Shown here: positions 1 to 11,200 of the stretch, one piece after another
How positions within the stretch are numbered: position 1 is the first letter of the stretch
How the letters are laid out: every line of letters starts with the position of its first letter
Virus record (IMG/VR): IMGVR_UViG_3300032327_000475
Span: 1 to 43,672 of that record
Reading direction: 5' to 3' (one strand)
DNA from: a virus
Lineage: Duplodnaviria; Caudoviricetes
DNA length: 43,672 nucleotides
Program-made: the position numbers and the translations under genes
Notes under the pieces: model-generated
Told to the model about the DNA's origin: nothing
Database searches by the model: none
Seen by the model: only the letters and a program-made list of their open reading frames with translations

Positions 1-2418
1 AAAATTAGTTAGTTCTACGATATATGGTTCTAATTCCTGCTGTACTTCGTTATAGCTTGGTGTGGTCTGTATAGGACTGTCTGCTGGTTCTCCGGTTGAA
101 TATAAGACTTCGTTTAAATTTTCTTTTACTGGTCTGTATCCTGAACCATATGGTATAGCAGATCCTGCTTCCGGGTTAGGTGCTTCAAAAAGGTCAGGGT
201 CATTATTGTGTCCGCATACACTACCGCCTGGTAATGTGTTATGGCAGGTATATGGATCATCTCCGCCGTCTGCTATTTTCCATGTCCATCCGCACTTATC
301 ACAAATAACTTCTGTATCTGTTACTAGTTCGTTAAGGGTATCAGGCAAAATAGCTGCTATAAAGTTTACATTTTTTTCAAATTTTACTCCCGGTATAGCT
401 TTAGAAATAAATACTCTGTACAGCTGATCTCTTTGAGTACCAAAATCTTCCTCATCTGATTTTTTAGCCGGTGAATATATGATGGCTTTAGCTTCGTAGT
501 GTTTTACGTAATGTTTAACTATATCTGCTATAGTAGACATCACTTTGTAGAGTTCTCCTTTATTAACTACTATTTTAGCAGATGAACCTTCAGCTCCTTT
601 AGGTTTAGCAGTAAATTCAATTTCTAAGGCTTTAAGATTATTAAAATCATCATCAACATACTTAGTAACTGTTAAATTTACATCGTATTGGGTTTCACTA
701 TCTGTTACAAAACGAGCAAAAACTACATAATCCTTCATATCTAATTCTTGCCATTTATATGGTGTTAAATTTGCTTCACCTACTTCGTTTAAGTTCTCAT
801 TCTTAGAATGAAAATTGATAAACCAGTTAGCCTGCTGCTTATCTAATGCAGTTGCATTTTCTCTATTTTTAAACTTCTTAGCTTTTTCAATAGTTACATC
901 ACCGCCGTATGCTTTTGTGATCTTTGCTTTGAAAGTTCCAGGTGCCCCGTTATTAGTTCTTTTTCCTTTATATGCTTCAGTAAGGTCTTCTTTTTTTCCT
1001 TTAGAAAGAGCCTGAATATATTCTTTAGCTGTTACTCCTTTGGGTAAGAAAGTCTCAATTGCTTGTAAGTCTTTATCCTTAATAGCAGTTCTTAATCCGC
1101 TGGCAGATAATCCTTTTAGGTTACCAATATTGACCGGGGTTACGTGTCCGTATTTTTCTCTGTTCTTCTCAACACTCTTCCAACGATCCTCTTCATCTTT
1201 TCCGAAAACGGCAAGGTACTTGTTTTCCGGATGTGCTTCCATTTCTTGATATGCATCTAAAACCGGAGTTGCATTTTGTGCTAATTTAATTTCAACGTTG
1301 TCTGGGACAAGGCCTTTTTGCTTATAGAGCTCCCAAACTGCCATTGCCTGACTTGCATCAACGGGTATTTGACCTTCTTTTACTCTTGGCTGTTTTGAAA
1401 CATAGACATAAACCTTATCAACCTTCGGTGCAATTACCTGAATTGCTTTTAGGTGACTGGCATGAGGCGGTTTGAATGCTCCAGGAAATACTGCAATGGT
1501 TTGTTTCCCTATTTCAGCTTCTAAGATTGGTCTTATAAGATCTACAATAAATGAACCGTATTTTTCTTCTAAGGTTGCAACCGTATCTAAAGCCATTTGT
1601 TTATTATCACCTTTAGGAGTATTAACCTCCCCGGATTTAATTGATACCATCGATTTAAAAATGCCTTTAATTCTATTTTTAGATCTAGGATTTTTTAGTT
1701 TTTTAAGATCAGAAACTAAATCCTTGAATGATTGGTCAATATTATAATCAGAAAGTAGTTTCTTTACATCCGTCCAGTTGCTTGATTTCCAAACTTCTGT
1801 TCTATCAAGTTGTTTATAGTCTTCGTCTAAGGTTACAATTCTGAGAGTTAAACCTGCTGATGATAAATTAAATTCATATTCCTGATTCGGTTCTAATGTA
1901 GGGATATTCTTGATACCCATCTTAGCGAGTACTTTATTAGGATCTTCCTCTAAAGTAACTACCTTAACTAAACCTAAAATTAAACCTTGAATCTCTGCCG
2001 GATAATCTAAGAAAGTCTTTTTAAAGTCACCTTCTTCTTCCGATAAAGCAATTATGTTATCGACTTGAACGAATTCACCAGGCATTCCTGCAATCGGATA
2101 TAAGATTGTTACAATCTCTCCAGTATTCATGGTTTTTTTGCCTTTATACTTTTCACTCTTAAAAGGAACGATTATGTCATCCGGAAGTGATTCTAAGTAC
2201 TTAGCAAGCTGCTTTTTAAATTCTTTCTTGTCTTCTCCTTCAAAAGAAGTAATTAAATCAATATCACCAAAGTCTTCCTTAGCAGAAGTATTATATGAGC
2301 CAGAAACCTTAGCAGATTTAAAGCCAGGTACTTTACTTAATACCTTATCAATATATTCTTGAACCGTCTTCTCGACAGCTGATCTTGGTATGCGATTACC
2401 TCCTGCTGAACCTGACAT
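1..2418 (-). CDS. Multidomain protein (>=806 aa, runs off the left edge): Pol-beta-like nucleotidyltransferase + HxxH cytidylyltransferase-like domain + further domains including a Cys-rich Zn-ribbon; absent from the ORF track
   Basis: ATG at 2418-2416 overlaps the upstream TAA, and I found no in-frame stop down to base 1. Motifs: MSGSAGGNRI, SGSYNTSAKEDFGDIDL...QVD (GS/DxD/D), FPGAFKPPHASH...LSASGLR, CDKCGW...TCH...CGH. Confidence 0.85.
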   Translation of the reverse strand, partial: MSGSAGGNRIPRSAVEKTVQEYIDKVLSKVPGFKSAKVSGSYNTSAKEDFGDIDLITSFEGEDKKEFKKQLAKYLESLPDDIIVPFKSEKYKGKKTMNTGEIVTILYPIAGMPGEFVQVDNIIALSEEEGDFKKTFLDYPAEIQGLILGLVKVVTLEEDPNKVLAKMGIKNIPTLEPNQEYEFNLSSAGLTLRIVTLDEDYKQLDRTEVWKSSNWTDVKKLLSDYNIDQSFKDLVSDLKKLKNPRSKNRIKGIFKSMVSIKSGEVNTPKGDNKQMALDTVATLEEKYGSFIVDLIRPILEAEIGKQTIAVFPGAFKPPHASHLKAIQVIAPKVDKVYVYVSKQPRVKEGQIPVDASQAMAVWELYKQKGLVPDNVEIKLAQNATPVLDAYQEMEAHPENKYLAVFGKDEEDRWKSVEKNREKYGHVTPVNIGNLKGLSASGLRTAIKDKDLQAIETFLPKGVTAKEYIQALSKGKKEDLTEAYKGKRTNNGAPGTFKAKITKAYGGDVTIEKAKKFKNRENATALDKQQANWFINFHSKNENLNEVGEANLTPYKWQELDMKDYVVFARFVTDSETQYDVNLTVTKYVDDDFNNLKALEIEFTAKPKGAEGSSAKIVVNKGELYKVMSTIADIVKHYVKHYEAKAIIYSPAKKSDEEDFGTQRDQLYRVFISKAIPGVKFEKNVNFIAAILPDTLNELVTDTEVICDKCGWTWKIADGGDDPYTCHNTLPGGSVCGHNNDPDLFEAPNPEAGSAIPYGSGYRPVKENLNEVLYSTGEPADSPIQTTPSYNEVQQELEPYIVELTNF

Positions 2419-3383
2419 TATGCTGTTTTATATTTTGTTAAATTAGAATCTTCTGGTAAGAATTTACCTTTTAAACCTAACCGGTTCTGGTTTTTAATCC
2501 AGTAATCTTGTAAGTCTTCAGGAATATCTGCTCTAGTTGAGTCTAGTATTTTTAAGTATGTATCGTAGATGTTATTTAAATCTTCCTTAGATAAATTAGA
2601 TTTTAAATAATCTATTAATTCAAAATAATCATTAAGAATGTCTTGAGTGATATTAGTTCCGTAGAGCTTGTTCATTAACTCTAAAGTTTGTTTAGGGGTT
2701 TCTGCTTCTACTTCTCTAGTTTCTTTATCTAAGATTCCTTGTCCATGTTTGAATACTTTACCTTTGTTTGTAAATAAAGCTACAAGTAATTGTGTTCTAT
2801 GTAAACCCTTAACATTTCCTTTATATAGATTTGAATAGTAACTGAATCTTAGCCACTCTGGATTTCCTACATTAATATCGATTTGAACGCTTTCTGGTAG
2901 TTCTTGTCCTGTTTCATTATACTGCGGAAAGGCAAAGAATAGAGAACCGTTAGCTGCAGATTTAGGATCTGATTCAATTGTTGCGGTTGCTTCGTTAACT
3001 TTATTTGATATAAGTTCCAGCATTGCTCTTAATGCAACCTGAGCTGGAGTAGCTGTTCTTGCTCTCTTAGCAATCTTCTCAGATAATGCGTTAAATTCCG
3101 TTGGATCAATACCCCAACCTTCAAAGTCTGGTTTATCATTATTTATGAAGTTTTTTACATCATAAGATAAATCAATGTCTCCAGAGATATCTTTTTTTCC
3201 TGCTGAACCTAATTTTTCAAAGGATTTAAATGTAGAGGCTTTCTTAGGAAAAATATTCCCAAGCACCTCCACAAATTTCTCCATTGTAGGTTCTATGTTT
3301 TCTTTTTTAATTGATGCGGTTGTTCCAAAAACATTACCGCCCTCGTTTAAGATTTGTTTTAAAAGAGAGGTAAGCTTGATCAT
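2418..3383 (-). CDS. Pol-beta/PolX-like nucleotidyltransferase, probably head-packaged
   Basis: LGSAGKKDISGDIDL...QIDI motif; N-terminus MIKLTSLLKQILNE/GGN. Confidence 0.7.
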   Translation of the reverse strand: MIKLTSLLKQILNEGGNVFGTTASIKKENIEPTMEKFVEVLGNIFPKKASTFKSFEKLGSAGKKDISGDIDLSYDVKNFINNDKPDFEGWGIDPTEFNALSEKIAKRARTATPAQVALRAMLELISNKVNEATATIESDPKSAANGSLFFAFPQYNETGQELPESVQIDINVGNPEWLRFSYYSNLYKGNVKGLHRTQLLVALFTNKGKVFKHGQGILDKETREVEAETPKQTLELMNKLYGTNITQDILNDYFELIDYLKSNLSKEDLNNIYDTYLKILDSTRADIPEDLQDYWIKNQNRLGLKGKFLPEDSNLTKYKTA

Positions 3384-3387
3384 ATGT

Positions 3388-3395
3388 TATAAATA
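3388..3395 (-). promoter_or_regulatory. Putative phage late promoter TATTTATA
   Basis: 4 nt upstream of ATG 3383; recurs before other late genes. Confidence 0.55.
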
Positions 3396-4187
3396 TCACC
3401 CTTTCAGTTTGATGCTGGTAGGTAATACTTCTGTGTGTGGCTTAAGCTCTGGATGCTTTATTTTAAAGATTTCATATAAATGTTTGAAGATTCTTTTGTT
3501 TTCTTCTAGAGGTTCTGTTGTTTCTCTAACTTCCCATCCTTTACCTTGCATCTTATCTGCTTTCTTGCTTTCACCTCTAGTCATTGCTTTCAGCCATAAA
3601 ATGCCCATACGGTCAATTGGTCTATCAAAGCATTCATTCCAGCCGCTTGCATAACAGGCAAGTTGTAAGTCAAAAGTATCATGAATAGCATTTGAAGTTT
3701 TAATATCAAGTAACCAAAGTTCACCTTCAATCTCAACAATTAAATCGGCAGTACCTGCAATCATTAATTCGTCAGAGAAAATATGAACCTCAGATTCTAC
3801 TAAAGTTGGTTTGTAAGTTTCCCAGAATTCAACAAATTTTAAAATCATCTGCCAAACTTTAAGACTGTATTTAGTAGTTCCCCATTCATTTAACCAATGA
3901 ACTTCCTCACCTTTTAAATAAGATTCGATAGCAGTATGAACCTGTGTACCTTCTTCTCCGGCACGTCTCATAATGATATCAGCGTTTGTTCCTACTTCTT
4001 TTAACCAAGTTTCAAAGAATTTATCTTTAGGAAAATAAGATAATACAGTAGTTACAGAGGGATAAAAAATTCCTTCTTTTCTCTGATAGTATCTAGAGTC
4101 CTGTAGAGTGATTTGGCGAGCGGTTGAATCTGGATGGATTAACCTTTGAACTCTTTTGTCTTTTACGTTTTCGTTTTTTTCAATCAT
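3396..4187 (-). CDS. PD-(D/E)XK exonuclease (lambda-exo/Cas4-like, T4-like phage exonuclease A type)
   Basis: YPSVTTVL, GTQVH, E, AGTADL...LLDIKTS, QLACY. Confidence 0.85.
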   Translation of the reverse strand: MIEKNENVKDKRVQRLIHPDSTARQITLQDSRYYQRKEGIFYPSVTTVLSYFPKDKFFETWLKEVGTNADIIMRRAGEEGTQVHTAIESYLKGEEVHWLNEWGTTKYSLKVWQMILKFVEFWETYKPTLVESEVHIFSDELMIAGTADLIVEIEGELWLLDIKTSNAIHDTFDLQLACYASGWNECFDRPIDRMGILWLKAMTRGESKKADKMQGKGWEVRETTEPLEENKRIFKHLYEIFKIKHPELKPHTEVLPTSIKLKG

Positions 4188-5110
4188 AATTGAAACTTTT
4201 TTTCCATCAATACTCTAAAAGTAAGTGGAAGGCTTTTATGTAATAATTTAGTGAATTCAGTGAAGCCAAGCTCGGAAGGATCTTTTTGATTGAGATCAAC
4301 TAGAAACACTTCTTTACCGTGGTTTAATAAGGTTTGACAATACTCTAATGCCTGTTTTAATGCGTCATTATCTAATGCAATAAAAACTTGTTTAACACTA
4401 GAAGATACTATTTTTTTCATTAGTTTCTCCGGTAATGTTTTACCTAAGAGTGGTATTGCATTTCGCTTGATTGCCATTGCATCAAAGGTTCCTTCACATA
4501 ATACAATTGGACTATCCCAGTTGATTAGTAAATCGAAACCAATAATATTTTTAGATGCTTGAGGGTTTTTGTATTTAATGTCTGTAGGTCCGAAGTTACG
4601 GCCTACAAAATAATTTAAGCTTCCATGTTCATCATAACTAGGAATGATAATCATATCTTTGTATCGACCTGATTCACAATATCCTAAGTTGTAACGCTTA
4701 ATATCAGTCGGTGTTATGTTTCTCTCCTTTAGGTAACGTAGTGCCTGTCTGACAGTAACATCCTTAGTATCAGCATCATATAATGCTTTATATTCTTTAG
4801 GTAATGCTAATGCTTCAGTTTTAACTCCGTGCTCTTCCTGAAAGGAAATCTTAACGTACGACTTAAGTTCTTGAATTTTGTGATCAGGAGCAGAAACAGC
4901 TTTAAATAAACTAACTAATTTTTTACCCTTCTTATTGCAGACCCAGCAATGCCAGTGGTTAATGCCTTCCTCATTCTCCTTAAAGTTAACTTCTAACTTC
5001 GGTTTGTAATGATTACAGAAAGGACATGGATACGAATAATTATCCCCCGATGTAGCTTTTCCTGCTCCTAAAACACTATTTACTAGGTTTACTAGTAGAT
5101 GATTGATCAT
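4184..5110 (-). CDS. DNA primase (T4 gp61/DnaG-like)
   Basis: Zn finger CPFC...HCWVC; IIIP; KYKN; TOPRIM VLCEGTFD...ALDND. Confidence 0.9.
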   Translation of the reverse strand: MINHLLVNLVNSVLGAGKATSGDNYSYPCPFCNHYKPKLEVNFKENEEGINHWHCWVCNKKGKKLVSLFKAVSAPDHKIQELKSYVKISFQEEHGVKTEALALPKEYKALYDADTKDVTVRQALRYLKERNITPTDIKRYNLGYCESGRYKDMIIIPSYDEHGSLNYFVGRNFGPTDIKYKNPQASKNIIGFDLLINWDSPIVLCEGTFDAMAIKRNAIPLLGKTLPEKLMKKIVSSSVKQVFIALDNDALKQALEYCQTLLNHGKEVFLVDLNQKDPSELGFTEFTKLLHKSLPLTFRVLMEKKFQL

Positions 5111-5114
5111 TAAT

Positions 5115-5146
5115 TAAATATACGAACTTATTCCGGTAAGAGCAAG
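5115..5146 (-). promoter_or_regulatory. Host sigma-A-type promoter for primase
   Basis: CTTG-N20-TATATTTA, 4 nt before ATG 5110. Confidence 0.65.
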
Positions 5147-5577
5147 TCTTTTCGAAAAATTCTCGACATTACATTATCATTGTATGAATTAACTTCAAGT
5201 ACGTCATATTTACATTGGTATGCAATTTCATAATAAGTTAATTGTTTTTTAGTGAAACACAACTTTAAAATATTTCTTTTAAATTTATCTTCTCCGATCT
5301 CCTTAACTTCTGCAAGTAGTGGTTTACAGGACCCCCAATATTCTCTCCAGTTAGATTCTTTGCTAACTTTTTTCTTGGTTGGTTTTCTTCCTGGGCCGGA
5401 TTGTTCTGAGATTTCTTTCTTTGTTAATTTTTTAGTAAGGGTGTTGGTGAATACTTTCCTGCCAATATAAAACTTACCAGTCTCAATATTTGTTATCATA
5501 TAAACAAACCCGACTGCTTTTTCATCAAATTGATATTCTTCTACAACCTCTTTATCTTCGTAAATCCAATTGGGCAT
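5128..5577 (-). CDS. GIY-YIG nuclease (T4 endonuclease II-like)
   Basis: GFVYMITN...FYIGRK, WREYWGS, E...YN. Confidence 0.8.
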   Translation of the reverse strand: MPNWIYEDKEVVEEYQFDEKAVGFVYMITNIETGKFYIGRKVFTNTLTKKLTKKEISEQSGPGRKPTKKKVSKESNWREYWGSCKPLLAEVKEIGEDKFKRNILKLCFTKKQLTYYEIAYQCKYDVLEVNSYNDNVMSRIFRKDLLLPE

Positions 5578-5581
5578 ATTT

Positions 5582-6550
5582 TTATCTGTCGATGTTAATT
5601 AAAATTGTTAAATCTGTAGTATTGTTAGTTGGTAAAGGTTGTGCAAGCTTACCCACTGCTATTAAATCTTGTGCTTCATTATAAAGTCCTACTGTTGTAA
5701 CGTATGGATTAAAATAAGATGCTGTTACAAAACCGTAGAGTGTACCGTCTGTAGATCCTGATATTAAACTAGGGTTTAGGCTAAAATTAAATTCAGAAGT
5801 TTCTACTGTACACTTATATTGTGTTTCAAAAATAGTATATGAACTAGAGAAGGAACAGGTAACGTTAGGTGCAGATATAAAACTAGTTACAAAATTAGTA
5901 TCATTACCTCCGTAGGTATCTACTCCATAATTTGCAAATCCGTAAAGTGATCCTGAGGATGCATCTGAGGTTATAACTGCTAGACCATGTTGGTATGTGA
6001 TAATACCGCAAATTTCATTTCCAATTGTCATTAGATTTCCGTTTCCGTCATCCGTAATACTACCGGAGGGTCCTTGTATTTTAAAAGAACCTGGTTGTAT
6101 TTTTTCTCCAAATAACTTACTTGGTATCGAAATAACACCAATAATTGCATTAGAAGCTGTTGGGAAGTATCTAGCATATGTTAATGTATTTTCTAGATAA
6201 TTCTCATACCTTCCTGCACTTGAAGTTGAACCTACTAAAACATTACCTGCTGCATCATTACCCGGTATTGTGAATGGTACTGATACTGGATCTCCGTAGC
6301 TTGCACTAAGGTAATTAGAGAAATAGAGTTCCTTAATAGAATTGTAAATTAACCTCCTGTATTCAGAAGTTACTTGTCCGGTTGTACTTTCGCTTAAGGA
6401 GAATAAACCCTGTATATTCTGTCCAAGAAATCTATCAATACCAACATCTGACCCTGTAAATGCAGCAGCACCTCTAAAAGTGAAGCTTTTATTTACTTCA
6501 AAGGGAGTAACTATTATATCTGAAGCTAGTAATTGTTTGTATGCACTCAT
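5582..6550 (-). CDS. Virion structural protein (baseplate/tail), paralog of 6556..7548
   Basis: S/T/G-rich; C-terminal EFNFSLNPS...YVTTVGLYN...LIAVGKLAQPL shared with neighbour. Confidence 0.6.
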   Translation of the reverse strand: MSAYKQLLASDIIVTPFEVNKSFTFRGAAAFTGSDVGIDRFLGQNIQGLFSLSESTTGQVTSEYRRLIYNSIKELYFSNYLSASYGDPVSVPFTIPGNDAAGNVLVGSTSSAGRYENYLENTLTYARYFPTASNAIIGVISIPSKLFGEKIQPGSFKIQGPSGSITDDGNGNLMTIGNEICGIITYQHGLAVITSDASSGSLYGFANYGVDTYGGNDTNFVTSFISAPNVTCSFSSSYTIFETQYKCTVETSEFNFSLNPSLISGSTDGTLYGFVTASYFNPYVTTVGLYNEAQDLIAVGKLAQPLPTNNTTDLTILINIDR

Positions 6551-6555
6551 TCATT

Positions 6556-7548
6556 TTAGAAATCAAGCTTAACTCTAACTAGAGATTCTTTTGTAAAGTC
6601 TTTAGTTAAAGGTTTAGACAATTTAGCTACTGCTAATAAATCGTTAGTATCGTTATAAAATCCTACAGTTGTAATATAGGTTTGTGGTGAATTAATGAAT
6701 GCACTGTATAAAACATCCCCAGTTGATCCTGAAATGAAAGATGGATTTTCTGAGTAGTTGAATTCTGCATTTCTTGATCTCACAAATACAAAATCAGATG
6801 TTACTGTCTCTTCACTGTTTAGTTGAAAAGAAGCTGCACTAGATCCTGAGATTGCTCTAAATAATCTACCAATATTATCTTCGTTGATATCAGATGATCC
6901 TGTAGGTACTAGATTGATTGACTGTGATAACGCTAAGGGATTTAGTAGGATAGTTGCGATATCCGGTAAAAATAATCCGTATGATCCTGAAGAAGCAGAA
7001 TATCCAGTTCCCGTAAATGCTACTCCGTTTGAACCTGAGATGATTTGATATACTCTTCCGCAATCCAAGTAAGTATCTGTTGATACCATTCCGGAATTAT
7101 CTGTTAACTGTAAGTTATAAGATCCTGATAATTTTAAATTAAAAGTGCCTTTTAAAAGATGCTCTTTATATCTTGCTCTATCAATATTAATCGCCCAGAA
7201 ATCGGATGCTGTTACTGTTCCAAAAATAAAGTTTGCATTTTCATCTCCGTAAACTAAGTTACGATACTGACCGTAAACCGTTCTAGTCGGCGTGATACCT
7301 ACTACTAAATCATTAAAGTTTGCACTTCCTGATCCTTGTTTATTTCCGTAAGCGATTGCAAACTGAACTGCTGATCCTGATGCTGTAGATGCGGTTTGGA
7401 ATACATTCTTATAATATACATCATTGGTTGATGTTACTGAGGATGTAAAAAAGGTGCTCAGGATTGGTGAATTTGTTGACCAAGCTGTTGCGGTTACTGA
7501 ATCTATGCTTACCAAGAAATCTTCTGGGTCTAGTCTTTTATATGACAT
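6556..7548 (-). CDS. Virion structural protein (baseplate/tail)
   Basis: C-terminal EFNYSENPS...YITTVGFYN...LLAVAKLSKPL; tail-module context. Confidence 0.6.
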   Translation of the reverse strand: MSYKRLDPEDFLVSIDSVTATAWSTNSPILSTFFTSSVTSTNDVYYKNVFQTASTASGSAVQFAIAYGNKQGSGSANFNDLVVGITPTRTVYGQYRNLVYGDENANFIFGTVTASDFWAINIDRARYKEHLLKGTFNLKLSGSYNLQLTDNSGMVSTDTYLDCGRVYQIISGSNGVAFTGTGYSASSGSYGLFLPDIATILLNPLALSQSINLVPTGSSDINEDNIGRLFRAISGSSAASFQLNSEETVTSDFVFVRSRNAEFNYSENPSFISGSTGDVLYSAFINSPQTYITTVGFYNDTNDLLAVAKLSKPLTKDFTKESLVRVKLDF

Positions 7549-7558
7549 CTTTTATATC

Positions 7559-8215
7559 TTAGTTTGTTTTAACAATTGTTACTGGGATTTGCAATCTTGC
7601 TCCAGAGTCTCTACCGATTACTTGCAAGGTTGCAGATAATGAAGTATTACCTCCAAATAATGTATTGACTGTTGTTGCACTTATATTCAAGGTAGTTCCA
7701 ATTACTGTCTTAGATACATTAGTACCTACTGTAGTAGTTGAATTCGCAGCTACAACGTCTGGTGTATTAATACCTACTGCTGTAAAGTTATTGAATATCC
7801 TTACATCGGAGATTGTGAATGTATATCCTGAAGCTTCATATAATGAAGTTTGTGAAAGATAATTCAAAGTCTGCGGAGTAATCGATAAACCAGCACCTTG
7901 CTTTAAAGTAATTGAAGAATAACCTAAATTTAAAACCGGCATTCTAGCTGTACCTCTTGGAAGAGTTACAAGTTTATATTTCATTATTTGAGTCTCATCA
8001 GGAAATGCTTCTAAAAGAGGCATATTTTCAATTGCTTCTCCGTAGAATGCTGAACCGGATGGTTGTAATGGATTATAGAGTGTATAATCGATTTCATCAT
8101 CTGATAATGCGAACTGTGTAATTCTAAAAGAACCATCGCCTCTGGCAAGAAGTTCTCTTCCTTTCTTTGTTAAGATTGCATCAACTGTGACTGCTGTATT
8201 ATTTAGGTATGCCAT
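7559..8215 (-). CDS. Virion structural protein (tail-collar/baseplate-like N-terminus)
   Basis: ILTKKGRELLA...ITQFALSD resembles tail-collar fibre N-termini. Confidence 0.5.
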   Translation of the reverse strand: MAYLNNTAVTVDAILTKKGRELLARGDGSFRITQFALSDDEIDYTLYNPLQPSGSAFYGEAIENMPLLEAFPDETQIMKYKLVTLPRGTARMPVLNLGYSSITLKQGAGLSITPQTLNYLSQTSLYEASGYTFTISDVRIFNNFTAVGINTPDVVAANSTTTVGTNVSKTVIGTTLNISATTVNTLFGGNTSLSATLQVIGRDSGARLQIPVTIVKTN

Positions 8216-8222
8216 AATATAT

Positions 8223-8230
8223 TATAAATA
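8223..8230 (-). promoter_or_regulatory. Putative late promoter TATTTATA
   Basis: 7 nt upstream of ATG 8215. Confidence 0.55.
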
Positions 8231-8247
8231 TGTGAATGTATGAACTT

Positions 8248-11200
8248 TTATGAAATAAGGCCAGCTGCTTTGGCTATACTTATCGGATCGTAGTTTGGAT
8301 TAAAGTTTTCTGGTATTAAAATACCTACCTCTCCTGAGGTAATGTTTATTTGAGGGTTGGTAGAGACTACTACTGATGTTTCGTCTGGTACTCTTCTGAA
8401 GATTCTATAGTTTTGTCTTGCAGTTACCGGTATGGAGTTTAGGTTCAAAATTCCTAAAATACTAGTTTGATTATAATCTGATCCTGTGGTGATGCTTTTT
8501 ATTTGTGTTAAAGTTCCAGTATTAAATGCCCCATCAACACCATAAGGGCTATCTGGCTCATATCCGAAACGCACAAAGTCATTAGGTTGCAGAGGGAAAT
8601 ATGTGTCTTGTTGACTAATACTTGAAGATAAAGCTCCATCAACGAAAGGATATGGAGAAGCAGTTATGTACTGCCCTGTCCTTTTGTTATAAATACCTAC
8701 ATTACTACCCAAAGGTATACCGTAGGATCTAATAGGATCTAAAGCTCCTAGTGATGATGTATTATTATTTAAACTGTAGATCCACCCTATATTCGCAGTA
8801 CCGGTATCTCTTAAGCTAGGTCCACTTACAAGAGCTAAGGATGCTGTATAGGCTGGTTGACTAGAAGAGTAGTTTGCAATAAATCCTTCATTGCTACTAT
8901 TAGACCCGGATTTATACAGAATTGTATTATATACAGCTCCACCTTCTATTATAGTTAAGTTAGTTGCTGTATTTTGATTACTCACATCCTTAGCATAAGC
9001 AATTGCTGAGGTTCCTTTTTTAAATATATTGGATACAAACCCTAAGTATTGGTTATCCCCTGTTAAGGAGTATATCTGCCCAGTTGTATCTAGGATAGCG
9101 ATTAATTTAAAGTTACTACCCTCTGGGTATTCAGGGTATGCTGAGGCATTGTTTGAGAATACTGCGAAGTAATCTGAGTAGTTATCAATTACTGCTTTCT
9201 GTCCGTAGGAGATATCTCCTGTTGTAAATTTGTTGTAGGTAGCACTTGTCAACTTAGTTCCAGAGTATCTTGCTTTTCCCCATGCGCTTCCAAGAATATA
9301 ATTTGAATCTTGTACTTGTGCGTAGAGTGCTGACTGACTTATGATTGATTTAAAGTTTACTGGGTTTGTCAAGTCGTTACTATAATCAACATCGTAATAT
9401 TTATTTGATACTCTATTAGAATAAACGTTATTTAATAAACTATTATAGTCTGAATATTCATTAATATTTCCTGGGAAGTTCTGCTGAGTAAATATTGTAG
9501 GATCTAAATAGTAGGTTGATTGTGCGAAAGTATTTGTTGTTGATAGAGTCCAGCTTGAGAGAATGTTTAATGAAGAACTAACATTTGTATTTCCTCCATT
9601 GTAAATATATTTTACTGAATAACTACCACTTTCTAGAGGTAGACTACTAATAGTTAATTTAGGGTTAAATTGAGACCCAATTCCTATACTCCACTGAGTA
9701 AAAGCTAATGTTGTTCCATCTTTATCTAAGTAAATAGTTAAAACATCAGTTCCAGAAGAATTAATTGTACTTCCCGATACGCTAATATTTATATCAACTA
9801 GATTGTAAAAACCAGGGGAATATGAGTACGTACCTGTGTTATAATAAGAGGATGCTTTAGTTAACGTATCGAATTTAATAGTCCCGGAGCCAAACCCTCC
9901 TCCCAAAAATGGAGTGCTAGCTGATATTATTTGAGAACTTGCTTTAACTGTGAAGTCTTGTAGATCACCAATTGATGCTTGATATTGTATACCTAACAGT
10001 GGATTGTCTTGTAATTTACCTCTAATTACATCAATAGTTGATCCAGAGTATTCTCCATTATAAAATTCATACTCTGAAGAATTAATTTGATTTACTATCC
10101 CTGCCTTAGTGTTTAAGGAAGAAGACCATGATTGTGATGTATTGATTAAGGTGTTAACTGATCCTCCGGCACCGCCTGTGAAAACCTCAATAGCACCTGG
10201 TTGATAGTCTCTAGCTGCAGACGTAACAGATGCGGTATATTCCGGCTGAGTATAAGATGCTTGAGCAGGTCTTAATCTGTTTCTCTCAAGTAAATGTTGT
10301 TTGATTACGAGTCCAGCAGATACCCCTGCTCTTGCAGGAATAAAATCTTTAATCATTCTAAAGACTGCATTATCAAAATACTTAGCTAATCTGTTATAAT
10401 CATTCCAGTTATAATTGCCTGTATACTTTAAGAAGTAATTTTTTGAGAATGTATCTAAATCTACGTAGTATGGAATATCTGAAGATATAAATCTTGGATC
10501 TCCGATATACTCCCCTATGTTAAAGAATCCTAAAGATGAGTTAATATCTTCATTGATTTCATTCTGTGGTGATAGAGCAATTTCAACATAATTAACATCT
10601 CTAGTAACTGTTTCTTGAGCAGTAGTTTTTTGCTGTATTGATCTGAAAGGAGATAAAACAGTCTCTGCCGGTATGTTTGTAGATCCTGAAGGAGGTAGTA
10701 TTATTCTACCTATTTTAATCTTATCAGATATTGGATTTTGAATACCTGCCGGTACTTGATCATAATATACTATTTCTGTATTTGTAACAAAAGTAGGTGT
10801 CGTTTTAAAGTAGAAGTTACTATTAGAAGCAAAAGATGAAGTTGTAATCCAACCTCCTGCAGCTTTTGGATGCACTGAGATAGAAGCTGTATAAAGCTCC
10901 CCTCCTAGTGTTGCTCTAAATGCTAATTCAGTAGAACCGCTATTTAAACTGTTACCTTCTATTGAGGAAGGATTCATTACGTATGCATTAAAAGCATCCT
11001 CTATCAAAGCGTTTTTATAATACCTTAATTCCTGTAAAGAACCAGAAAAGATACTTGCTGGGAAAGAAGATGATGCGAAGTAGGATGTTGCAGCAGTAGC
11101 CCAGTTATTTGCTTTTGTGACTGATCCGCTTGCTTGAAATCCTAAAGTATTGCCGTCTACTCCTTCGTAAATTTTATCTTTAGCGTAAACTGTAAAGACA

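Noticed and set aside
62-2362. Plus-strand ORFs 62..427, 815..1015, 1040..1249, 1472..1747, 2129..2362
   Set aside because: They are antisense shadows of the uninterrupted minus-strand ORF 1..2418, which has recognisable motifs.
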